Under the pieces are notes generated by a model that saw only the letters and a list, made by a program, of their open reading frames with translations, ran no database searches and was not told the DNA's origin. Of a stretch of 64,000 nt of DNA, positions 18,050 through 26,114 are shown piece by piece (positions within the stretch are counted from its first letter, which is position 1; every line of letters begins with the position of its first letter). The translations under genes and the position numbers were made by a program. Origin of the DNA: Bdellovibrionota bacterium (GTDB lineage Bacteria > Bdellovibrionota_C > UBA2361 > JBGSMV01); contig JBGSMV010000068.1 of assembly GCA_041739995.1 (NCBI GenBank), positions 1 to 64,000 on the forward strand, in the 5' to 3' direction.

Positions 18050-18188
18050 CGGGCTAAGCCAGAAGTTCATTTAAATATTTTTCTCTCTGTTCTCGCTGAA
18101 CTCATTGTGTGATTCATTAAATATATTCACAAAGAGGGCAGCGAGCTCGGCGAGAATTATTCATCGAACTCTTAACTCAGGTCACTAA
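18046..18188. mobile_element. IS630-derived MITE inserted at the bamA stop codon
   Basis: Starts at a CTAG containing the bamA TAG; imperfect IR; right end encodes H-R-T-L-N-S-G-H-stop; homologous to 12483-12560. Confidence 0.65.
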
Positions 18189-18565
18189 CCGACTTTTGAA
18201 TAACTCTCTTCATTGTCCTGCGATGGGGAGTTCCGAGGAGTCGCAGGACTGGGATATTGGGGGTGCCTTGGGACCAGTGTGGTGATACGGGTGGTGTGCC
18301 CGGGACCCGGTTTCTGAGTGGCCCGTCTGGAGAGGGGCTGGATTTGGCAGGGTCTCGGCATTCAGGGCCCAAATGCCTGAAACCTCACATGGCTCCACAG
18401 ACTTATACCTTTGGCTTTTAGGGCTGCGGGGCATTTTTGGGATTCTCAGGAGGCTAAAGACGAGCCCTTCTTAGACATTTTCGTGAGTATTTTTTATAAG
18501 GTACACCTTAGGCACAGGTCTTTGAATCCTGGGTGTCCAATTGTGGGATTAAGGCGAGTGACAAC

Positions 18566-19129
18566 ATGTTGAGTCGACGTTTATTTGTTTCTCTAGGTAC
18601 TGCGCTGATTATTGCGCTTGGTGCGACTTGGGGCACTCTCGTTTGTCCATCTGCTCTGTATGCGGCTGATGGAGATCCGCAAGTCTATGTGCTCGATATG
18701 GAGCGCATCGTCAAAGAGTCCATTGTAGGCAAGGCCGCAAAGTCGAATCTCGAGGAAGAGGTCAGAAAGACCGAGGGCAAGCTGGTTCTGCAGCGTAGCG
18801 AGCTTGAACGAATGCAGGCGGATCTTGAGAAACAATCATCTTTGTTGGCGGCTGCGGCAATGGATGAGAAGCGCGAAGCGGTGGCGCGAAAAACACGCGA
18901 CTTCGAGCGAGCGATGCAGGATCGAAAAGAGGAAATTTCTCGTATGCAGGCTGCTGAAATGAAAAAGGTCGTAAGCGAAATCGACGAGGCAGTCAAAGAA
19001 GTCTCGAGTCGCGGAGCGTTTCCGATTATTATCGAGAAGGACCCGCGATTGGTGGTGTTTGCCGCCGACCGGGTTGATCTTACGAACCAGGTGATTGCAG
19101 CAATGGATGCGAGAAAGATATCTCGATGA
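18566..19129 (+). CDS. skp: OmpH/Skp periplasmic chaperone
   Basis: Follows bamA; VLDMERIVKES..GK.A, coiled coil, DLTNQVI C-terminus. Confidence 0.9.
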   Translation: MLSRRLFVSLGTALIIALGATWGTLVCPSALYAADGDPQVYVLDMERIVKESIVGKAAKSNLEEEVRKTEGKLVLQRSELERMQADLEKQSSLLAAAAMDEKREAVARKTRDFERAMQDRKEEISRMQAAEMKKVVSEIDEAVKEVSSRGAFPIIIEKDPRLVVFAADRVDLTNQVIAAMDARKISR

Positions 19130-19244
19130 GATTAGGGCTTCTCGACCAAAGGTATTGAGTATAATGGACATCACGCCATGGTGGAGTGATTTTGCGGTGG
19201 CGTGATTTGGAATTTTGGAATTGAGGACTTCGCGCGAGGGATAT

Positions 19245-19760
19245 ATGGCGACAGTGCATGCAGGATTAAGGAAAGAGGCGGAGCCGGGGACAAACACTGA
19301 GACCGGGCTTATATGGGACGCGGTTGGTGTAAGAAAGATACTTCCGCATCGCTACCCATTTCTTTTCATCGATAAGGTGGTTGAGTTTGTAGACAACCAC
19401 AGTCTCGTCGCTATTAAGAATGTCACGGCCAACGAGCCTTTCTTTGCAGGGCACTTTCCTAACCGGCCGGTTATGCCTGGTGTGTTGGTTATCGAGGCGA
19501 TGGCACAAGCGGGTGCAATTCTTGCCAAGGCTTCATCGGAAGGGGTGCCTTCAGGCTACACTCTATTCCTTGTGGGGGTGGAGGAGATGAAGTTTAAGCG
19601 ACAGGTGGTTCCCGGCGATACGCTTCGAATCGAGATGGAGCATACCAAGCGACGCAGACCGCTCTGGTTCATCAAAGGGGTGGTTACTATTGACGGAAAG
19701 GTGGTCGCTTCTGGGGTGATTTCTGCAGCGGAAGTAAAGGAATCAACCGATCCTAACTAG
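19245..19760 (+). CDS. fabZ: 3-hydroxyacyl-ACP dehydratase FabZ
   Basis: LPHRYPFLFIDKV, NEPFFAGHFP..PVMPGVLVIEAMAQ. Confidence 0.96.
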   Translation: MATVHAGLRKEAEPGTNTETGLIWDAVGVRKILPHRYPFLFIDKVVEFVDNHSLVAIKNVTANEPFFAGHFPNRPVMPGVLVIEAMAQAGAILAKASSEGVPSGYTLFLVGVEEMKFKRQVVPGDTLRIEMEHTKRRRPLWFIKGVVTIDGKVVASGVISAAEVKESTDPN

Positions 19761-19816
19761 ATCGAGACTCACGCGTCGGGGCTTGGCGATTCAGCCGCAC
19801 GATTTGTTCGAATGAT

Positions 19817-20665
19817 ATGAGTGCAATTCATCCAACAGTAAAAATTCATCCCTCTTCAGTGGTCGATGCAGGAGCACAGATCGGGGAAGGCACAGAGATT
19901 GGACCGTTCTGTGTGATCGGTCCGCATGTAGTGCTTGGAAAGCGCAATGTGGTGCGCTCGCATGCCGTGATTGAAGGGCACACCCTGCTTGGCGATGACA
20001 ACCAGGTGTTTCAGTTTGCGTCGATTGGAGCCACTCCGCAGCACCTCAAGTATCACGGCGAGAAGACGGAGCTATTGGTAGGCAACGGAAACATAATTCG
20101 TGAATACGTTACCATGCAGCCTGGTACCGTGCAGGGGACTTCAAGAAGCATCGTTGCGGACAAGAACTTGTTCATGGCGGGAGCTCACGTTGCGCACGAC
20201 GCAGTGGTGGGTAGCTCTAATGTGTTTGCGAACTACGCCTGTTTGGCGGGACATGTTGAGATAGGGAATAGGGTTACGCTTGGCGGTTTGGTAGGAGTGC
20301 ACCAATTTGTTCGTATAGGCGATATGGCGATTCTTGGTGCGGGCTCGATGGTCACCAAGGATATTCCCCCGTTTTGCATAGCGCAGGGTGATAGATGCCA
20401 TTTGATTGGCATTAATAAGATTGGGCTGCAACGTGGGGGCGTGTCAGACGAGGAAGTGCTTCAGCTCAGGAAGCTCTATCGAACGCTCTTTATGGTAGCG
20501 GGCACGTTTGCGGCACGACGGGACGAGGCAAAACAATTGGCCGCCGGAAACGCGCTTGCATTGCAACTCGTTGAGTTTGTCAGCGTAGAGTCCTCGCGTG
20601 GAGTCACCGGCCCCCGTTCGGCCACTCGAAGAGACGCCGGCCACTCTGAATCTGCAGAGCCCTAA
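19817..20665 (+). CDS. lpxA: UDP-N-acetylglucosamine O-acyltransferase LpxA
   Basis: Hexapeptide repeats; HVAHD, LAGHV, VHQFVRIG. Confidence 0.96.
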   Translation: MSAIHPTVKIHPSSVVDAGAQIGEGTEIGPFCVIGPHVVLGKRNVVRSHAVIEGHTLLGDDNQVFQFASIGATPQHLKYHGEKTELLVGNGNIIREYVTMQPGTVQGTSRSIVADKNLFMAGAHVAHDAVVGSSNVFANYACLAGHVEIGNRVTLGGLVGVHQFVRIGDMAILGAGSMVTKDIPPFCIAQGDRCHLIGINKIGLQRGGVSDEEVLQLRKLYRTLFMVAGTFAARRDEAKQLAAGNALALQLVEFVSVESSRGVTGPRSATRRDAGHSESAEP

Positions 20666-20846
20666 TTATTCAGCTTGCCTCGAGGGTTTTCTTTTTCGTC
20701 GGGATTGGTGCTGTAGAGAGACGAAGGCGGTTGGGGAGTCATTCCGCCGATTTGCTCCGTATTACCTTTACCGAGTCTTGGTGAAAGCGACCCGTGTGGA
20801 GATCTTGAGTGCGAGAAATTGGATAGAGCCGAGGAACATCAGCAAA

Positions 20847-21794
20847 ATGACAGAACTCCAGTTCGCCTCTTCTAGCTCTACCACCGATAGTCATCCGCTG
20901 CGTTCTGGCGTGCCGAACGTGGTCGGCATCATCGCGGGTAATGGTAGGTTTCCTTTAGATCTCGCGCGAGAAGCTAAAAAGCTCGGGCACACGGTTATCG
21001 TGGCGGCCCATCGAGGAGAGACCTCGCCAGAGATTGAGTCTTTGGCGGATGTCGTTCAGTGGATTCGCGTGGGGCAGCTCGGTGCAATTCTGAACTTATT
21101 CAAGAAGAGCGGGGTAGCCTTCGCCGCTATGGCGGGAGGAATTTCTCGGCTGCGATTATTTGGAGGAGTGCGTCCGGATATCGCGGGCATTAAGCTGATT
21201 GCTCGGCTTGGTACTACTCGTGACGATGTGCTGCTCAGAGGAATCGCCACTGAACTTGAACGCGTAGGTATTTCCGTTTTTGGGGCAGCGGTACTTTTGC
21301 CTGAAGCCATTCCTTGCGTGGGGACGCTCACCAAGCGCTCTTGCACTGCGGCTGAGAAACGTGACGCCGAGATCGGTTGGGAAGCGGCGCATGCGATCGG
21401 GCGCCTCGACATTGGCCAGACGGTCGTGGTGTTTGAGGGTTTGGTCATCGCTGTTGAGGCGGTGGAAGGAACAGACGCGACCATCCATAGAGCAGGGGAG
21501 CTCGCTCGTGGAAATGCTGGGGCAGGCGTCGCCTCGGTGCCTCAAAATTCTCGGCATGTTGCAAATGGACCGGTCGTGGTGAAATGCGCCAAGCCGCAGC
21601 AAGATCTTAGAGTGGATCTTCCCACGGTCGGTATAGGCACGATCCAGAGCATGATCATCGCCGGTGCAAGTGCTTTGGTTATTGAGGCGGGAAAGACGCT
21701 CTTGTTGGAGCCTGCAGAGATCGTTTTTGCGGCGAACAGCGCAGGAATTGCGATATCATCTGTAGGCACAATCGAGCAGTTGAGATCTTTATGA
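20847..21794 (+). CDS. lpxI: UDP-2,3-diacylglucosamine pyrophosphatase LpxI
   Basis: GIIAGNGRFP, DIGQTVVV, AVEAVEGTDATI.RAG, KPQQDLRVDLPTVG; follows lpxA. Confidence 0.93.
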   Translation: MTELQFASSSSTTDSHPLRSGVPNVVGIIAGNGRFPLDLAREAKKLGHTVIVAAHRGETSPEIESLADVVQWIRVGQLGAILNLFKKSGVAFAAMAGGISRLRLFGGVRPDIAGIKLIARLGTTRDDVLLRGIATELERVGISVFGAAVLLPEAIPCVGTLTKRSCTAAEKRDAEIGWEAAHAIGRLDIGQTVVVFEGLVIAVEAVEGTDATIHRAGELARGNAGAGVASVPQNSRHVANGPVVVKCAKPQQDLRVDLPTVGIGTIQSMIIAGASALVIEAGKTLLLEPAEIVFAANSAGIAISSVGTIEQLRSL

Positions 21795-21842
21795 AACGAT
21801 GTTACTTCGACATAAACCTGTTCTGCTGTTTCGAGAGGTAGA

Positions 21843-23438
21843 GTGCGCTCTCTCGTTTTCGTAATTATTCCCCTTTTTGCCATTGGGCTTCTGACTAGTT
21901 CAGTGCTGGAGCTTCGCGCCTATCTCATTGGGAAGGAGGCGGTGGAGCGCATGCAGGCCTTTCAGCAGGACCTTCGAGTTGCGTCTGGTTCTCGTAGTGA
22001 GCTGAGGACTAGGCGAGCCGATGGTTCTACACCCGGAGCGGGACGGGTTGATAGGTCCTTCGCAAGGGCTTCCGATTACCAGAGTAACCCCAGTGGGTCT
22101 GTGTCAGGTCTCGAGTCCACTGAGGAAGGTCCTCGTGCGCTTGAGCTTGAAGGACGAGAGACTCTAGACCTCGCACGTCGAGCCAGTTCTAGCCTGTTTG
22201 GTTCAACCTCCACGCTTTCATCATATGCGAGTCTGTTGAGAGTGCTTGCAGAGGGGCAATCTTTGACCCGGGAGAAGCTGGCCTTTTATTGCGACTCGTT
22301 GGCGATGCTTGGTGAAATTCTGCAGCGTGAACCGCGCAATGCTCGAGCTCTCATGCAGTGGGGCAATCTTCGGCAAATCCTCGGCTCTCTCGCTTGCGAA
22401 AAGCCTTTGACGGAAGGGGATTTCAAAGAGGCGCTGACTTCAGCTCTCGAACTTGATCCAACCGATGCCGATGCGCAGTACGCCGCAGGACTGATTCTGC
22501 GGTGGGGGCGCGCCGTTCCGGAAGCAGCCAAGCTCTTCTACCGCGTTTTTCGCTATCATCCTCGTCTGAGCGGAGCACAGGAGCGTCAGATCTTGGGATC
22601 GATCGATTCGCCACAGATGTTGCGTGAGGTCGTTCCCGCTCGGTTTCCTCAAGTGTTAAGGGCCTCTCATTACTTTCTTAGAGAGCCATATTTGGTGCGC
22701 ACGGTGAACGTGGCAGACGAACAGTTTCTCCAGGCTCTTGCAGAGTTGCAAAGTGAAGCCTTGGCGTTGAGTCAAAGCGAGTATGGACGAGGGCTTTTGC
22801 CTTTCTCTATGCATTTGCAACGCATGACTGAGCTTGCGGATACGGCTGCATCACCGCAGGTCAGGCAAGAGCTAGATCGTCAGTTGGCGATACTGTTGCG
22901 AAGAAGGGGCGATACGGCGCTGGCCCAGTACCTTTCTGAGAGGGCCACCTGGAAGTTGTTAGAGGTGGTGCCTACCACAATCGGTGGCGACACCCGGCCA
23001 TTGAAGACTCCACTTGTGCGCTGGGGGGAGACGAACTCTTTTTTTGCCGACGAATTCTATCGCTCTATCGGTTTCTTTCTGCCTGACGGGCAGGGGGTTC
23101 GCTCTATCGAGCTAAACTTCTCAGGACGGCCATCAGGTGCGTACCGATCGGCGTTGCATGTGTACGTGAGCTCCGACAATCAAAATTGGACCGAAATTTC
23201 AACCGGGGGAGAGGAAGTCCCGTTCTCCTTAGGGTCAAAGAACTTAGTCGTTATACGTACCCCGGTGCGAGGCGATTTGTACTGGAAGGTTCATTTCGCT
23301 AATGCCGCACGCGATCGAAGGCTTCTCGCCACGATAGCCTCGAATCTAAAAGTTTTCGGGGTGAGCGCGCGTCACGCTCAATCCTCCGGTGCGACTCTAG
23401 GTGCGACAGCCCCGGGTGAAAATGGAGAGGCGCAATGA
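21843..23438 (+). CDS. Membrane-anchored TPR-like protein with possible C-terminal discoidin-like domain
   Basis: N-terminal TM helix; TPR-like REPRNARA and ALELDPTDA; VYVSSDNQNW motif. Confidence 0.65.
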   Translation: MRSLVFVIIPLFAIGLLTSSVLELRAYLIGKEAVERMQAFQQDLRVASGSRSELRTRRADGSTPGAGRVDRSFARASDYQSNPSGSVSGLESTEEGPRALELEGRETLDLARRASSSLFGSTSTLSSYASLLRVLAEGQSLTREKLAFYCDSLAMLGEILQREPRNARALMQWGNLRQILGSLACEKPLTEGDFKEALTSALELDPTDADAQYAAGLILRWGRAVPEAAKLFYRVFRYHPRLSGAQERQILGSIDSPQMLREVVPARFPQVLRASHYFLREPYLVRTVNVADEQFLQALAELQSEALALSQSEYGRGLLPFSMHLQRMTELADTAASPQVRQELDRQLAILLRRRGDTALAQYLSERATWKLLEVVPTTIGGDTRPLKTPLVRWGETNSFFADEFYRSIGFFLPDGQGVRSIELNFSGRPSGAYRSALHVYVSSDNQNWTEISTGGEEVPFSLGSKNLVVIRTPVRGDLYWKVHFANAARDRRLLATIASNLKVFGVSARHAQSSGATLGATAPGENGEAQ

Positions 23439-24715
23439 TGGCGGCAAGGAATTCCAGCAGTGCCTACGTTCGGACCTTCAGCAGGCGAAGTCTTTCGATG
23501 TTGGTTATGGGAGCTGCGTCGAGCCTGCTGTGTGTGTTCACGATTTTGCCCGCTAAGGCTGAGGCCCAGGAGCTGACTCTGGGAGTGGTGGAAATCCCGC
23601 GCGAACTAAATTTTCTAAGCGCACCAAAACAACTTCGAGGTCAGCGCTCTGGAGAGCTTGGACGGAACGCATTTTTGGCTTCAAGTCTTATTCGTGACGC
23701 CGTCAGCGGCACTTTGGTGGTGCTTCGAAATCATGAGCCTATTCGTATCTCCGGTGACTCTTCGACGCATGTAGACGGTGGAGTCGGGCAGATCGAGAGT
23801 CGATCTTCCAAGCGCACCCCAGCGAGAGCTGGTAGTTTTGATTTGAGTGTCGGAGATAGTGTTCAAGTTAGCGCCGATCAGCGTCAGTGGTCATTTCGTA
23901 TCCGGAGAGGAGAAACTTTTTCTAGCGGTCAGCCTGTGCGCGCCGTGGATGTTCTCTTCTCTTTGAAGCGCTGTGTGGCCGACGGCGGGGTGCAATCGCT
24001 GTTCGGCTTTGAGGGCAGAGTGGTGGAAGCTCTCCCAGGTTCCATGGAGGAGTGGGTGGACGTGCGAACAACAGACGTCGCACCGAGGCCATCTGATCTC
24101 TTGGCACTCGTTGCCGCGTGCCCGATCCTGGAGGAGCAGTCATCCTCACTGTTCGGCCCGCGACTGGGTGAGGGGGCGAACATTGTCAGTGTCGGTGCCT
24201 TTCGAATTGCTGATTTCGAGGCTGGGCGTGAAGTCATTCTTGAGCAGTCTCAGGCCGGCGAGGCGTTCGCAAAGCGTATTGTGCTGAGGGCATTAAGAGA
24301 CGGAACCCACGCACTTACCGCACTTCGGACAGGGACCGTTGATGCAATTTTCTTTGAGAATTCAGAGGTTTTGTCCAGAGCGGCCAGCGATCAAACCTTG
24401 TTAACAATTGAGTGTTCGGGGTATAAGGTCGTGCATCGTCGGGGACTTAACGTTGAATGTCGGCAGTCGGTAGTGCCCACTTTTGGGGCGCCCACTTTGG
24501 CTATGGGCACTTCGGGCTCTACCGTAGCAGCGCGGGTTGCTGAAGCGGGGAGCGTAGAAGCTGCCGGGGATGCAGCGATTGTCCAGGGTGGAAGCACAGC
24601 GTTTGGGAGCACAGAGTTTGGGAGCACGGTGTTTGGGAGCAGGGAGATGGAGTCTTTGATGACTTCCCTGGCTCCAGCGCCGATAGATCTTAGGCGTCTT
24701 CGTTATCTGTCCTAG
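23435..24715 (+). CDS. Family-5 solute-binding-protein-like exported protein (divergent, shortened)
   Basis: WSFRIRRGETFSSGQPVRAVDVLFSL and VGAFRI match SBP_bac_5 motifs; start overlaps the upstream stop. Confidence 0.65.
   Translation: MMAARNSSSAYVRTFSRRSLSMLVMGAASSLLCVFTILPAKAEAQELTLGVVEIPRELNFLSAPKQLRGQRSGELGRNAFLASSLIRDAVSGTLVVLRNHEPIRISGDSSTHVDGGVGQIESRSSKRTPARAGSFDLSVGDSVQVSADQRQWSFRIRRGETFSSGQPVRAVDVLFSLKRCVADGGVQSLFGFEGRVVEALPGSMEEWVDVRTTDVAPRPSDLLALVAACPILEEQSSSLFGPRLGEGANIVSVGAFRIADFEAGREVILEQSQAGEAFAKRIVLRALRDGTHALTALRTGTVDAIFFENSEVLSRAASDQTLLTIECSGYKVVHRRGLNVECRQSVVPTFGAPTLAMGTSGSTVAARVAEAGSVEAAGDAAIVQGGSTAFGSTEFGSTVFGSREMESLMTSLAPAPIDLRRLRYLS
24590..24649 (+). repeat. 15-bp in-frame tandem repeat x4 (GSTxF)
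   Basis: GGAAGCACAGCGTTT/GGGAGCACAGAGTTT/GGGAGCACGGTGTTT/GGGAGCAGGGAGATG. Confidence 0.8.
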
Positions 24716-24838
24716 TGCGTGTTGTCATCCCGCACTATGAGAAGTGTTCCCCGATTAGTGTGCCCAGAGTAGTTTAGCTGGGGCAGGGGTGCTTAGAGCG
24801 GAAGGTTTCGAATCTTAAAGTTAGGTCTAGATCTCAAA

Positions 24839-26104
24839 ATGGTCGAACAGTCTCATTCCACTACTCAGTCTCATCCCAGTACGCAGGTTCCTCCCGGTGC
24901 ACTGGCTCATTTTGATACGCAATCGATTGCAAGGTCTTACGTTTGTCGTGGCTTGGAGCTGCGTCTTTTTACGTTCTTGGCAATCTGTTTGTTCGCTCTG
25001 TCGTCCTTGTCGGCCTGTGCCACGCGAGCGTTTTACTATCCGCGTTCTGAGGAGATAAGCGAGGCGAAGAGCAAAGGCCTTCCGATTCGAAGTGTCGATG
25101 AGGACAGGGCGCTTTTTTTCGCGCACGAAGAGAATCAGCGCAACAGAATGCTCTCCCTAATTCGACATCGATCCGAACCTGAATATCGAGACGTGCACTA
25201 TCGAATGGGCTCGGGAGATGAACTTGAGCTGAACGTATTTGACGTTCCTGAGTTAAATATCACCACCACTGTCAGACAGTCTGGGTTTTTGTCCTTGCCG
25301 TTGGTTGGAGCAGTAAAGGCTCAGGGGCTCACGGAAGCGGAGCTCGCCGACGAGATTTCAACCCGTCTTGCCACCTTTGTGAGAAATCCACAGGTAGCCG
25401 TCTTCATAACCCAATACGGCAGCCAGCGCGTCGCGGTAATGGGAGCTGTCCGTCAACCAGGCACTATTTCTTTGAGGAAGGGATCTAACAGTATTCTCGA
25501 GTTAATTGCGCAAGCCGGTGGCGTGTCGGATAGAGCGGGGAACTTTATCAATTTCATTCCGGCTGAGCTCTCAGGTGTTGATGTTGAGCGCGGGGCACAG
25601 GAAGCACAAAGTCGAGCGCAACTTGCCTTGGCCTCTTCCAGCGGTGGCGCGGGGCGAGTCACCGGGATCGAAATTTACCTTGACCAAGTGCTCGGTACTT
25701 CGGGGGGGGTTCCCCTTGAGGTTCCCGTGCGTGGTGGCGACATGATCATAATACCAGAAGCCGGAAAGGTGCACGTTGAAGGCGAGGTGGTAAAGCCGGG
25801 CACTTTTGATCTTGGACAGCAGTCTTCTCTCCTTGGTGCTCTGGCGGCGGCAGGTGGCATTACCTATAGCGCTAAGGTCGACGAGATCGAGGTTATCCGT
25901 GATGTTGGTGGGAATGAGCGGGCCCGATTGATATTAGATCTTCAGCAGCTCGCTACTGGAGCGGAGAAAGATGTTCGTCTTCGCAACGGAGATTTACTTC
26001 GCGTGCCTTCCGATAGTAGTAGGCGACTTACGCAAGATACCTTTGAGGGACTCAGTCGCATCATTAACGTAGGGGTCGGAACGAGCTATAATCTAGCACC
26101 ATAA
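24839..26104 (+). CDS. wza: Polysaccharide export lipoprotein (Wza/OPX family, SLBB repeats)
   Basis: Lipobox LSAC; YRMGSGDEL.L.VF, G.LSLPLVG, V.GAV..PG and V.GEV..PG motifs. Confidence 0.88.
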   Translation: MVEQSHSTTQSHPSTQVPPGALAHFDTQSIARSYVCRGLELRLFTFLAICLFALSSLSACATRAFYYPRSEEISEAKSKGLPIRSVDEDRALFFAHEENQRNRMLSLIRHRSEPEYRDVHYRMGSGDELELNVFDVPELNITTTVRQSGFLSLPLVGAVKAQGLTEAELADEISTRLATFVRNPQVAVFITQYGSQRVAVMGAVRQPGTISLRKGSNSILELIAQAGGVSDRAGNFINFIPAELSGVDVERGAQEAQSRAQLALASSSGGAGRVTGIEIYLDQVLGTSGGVPLEVPVRGGDMIIIPEAGKVHVEGEVVKPGTFDLGQQSSLLGALAAAGGITYSAKVDEIEVIRDVGGNERARLILDLQQLATGAEKDVRLRNGDLLRVPSDSSRRLTQDTFEGLSRIINVGVGTSYNLAP

Positions 26105-26114
26105 TTTGAGTATC

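Noticed and set aside
6985..18188. Autonomous IS630 or RNA-guided (TnpB/IscB) transposon
   Set aside because: No transposase or RuvC-type ORF was seen; only short terminal remnants are present.
18190..18460. Group II intron fragment
   Set aside because: No recognisable domain V (AGC triad hairpin) or GUGYG start in the right context, and no reverse transcriptase.
20598..20846. Long N-terminal extension of LpxI (similar extensions on bcp, lolE, the second SPFH gene and 9571)
   Set aside because: These are artefacts of the longest-ORF rule; downstream ATGs with RBS fit family lengths and avoid overlaps.
24713..24737. TAGTGCG/CGCACTA hairpin as a distinct mobile element
   Set aside because: The stem is only 7 bp, too short to call on its own; noted only as consistent with the TAG-stop pattern.
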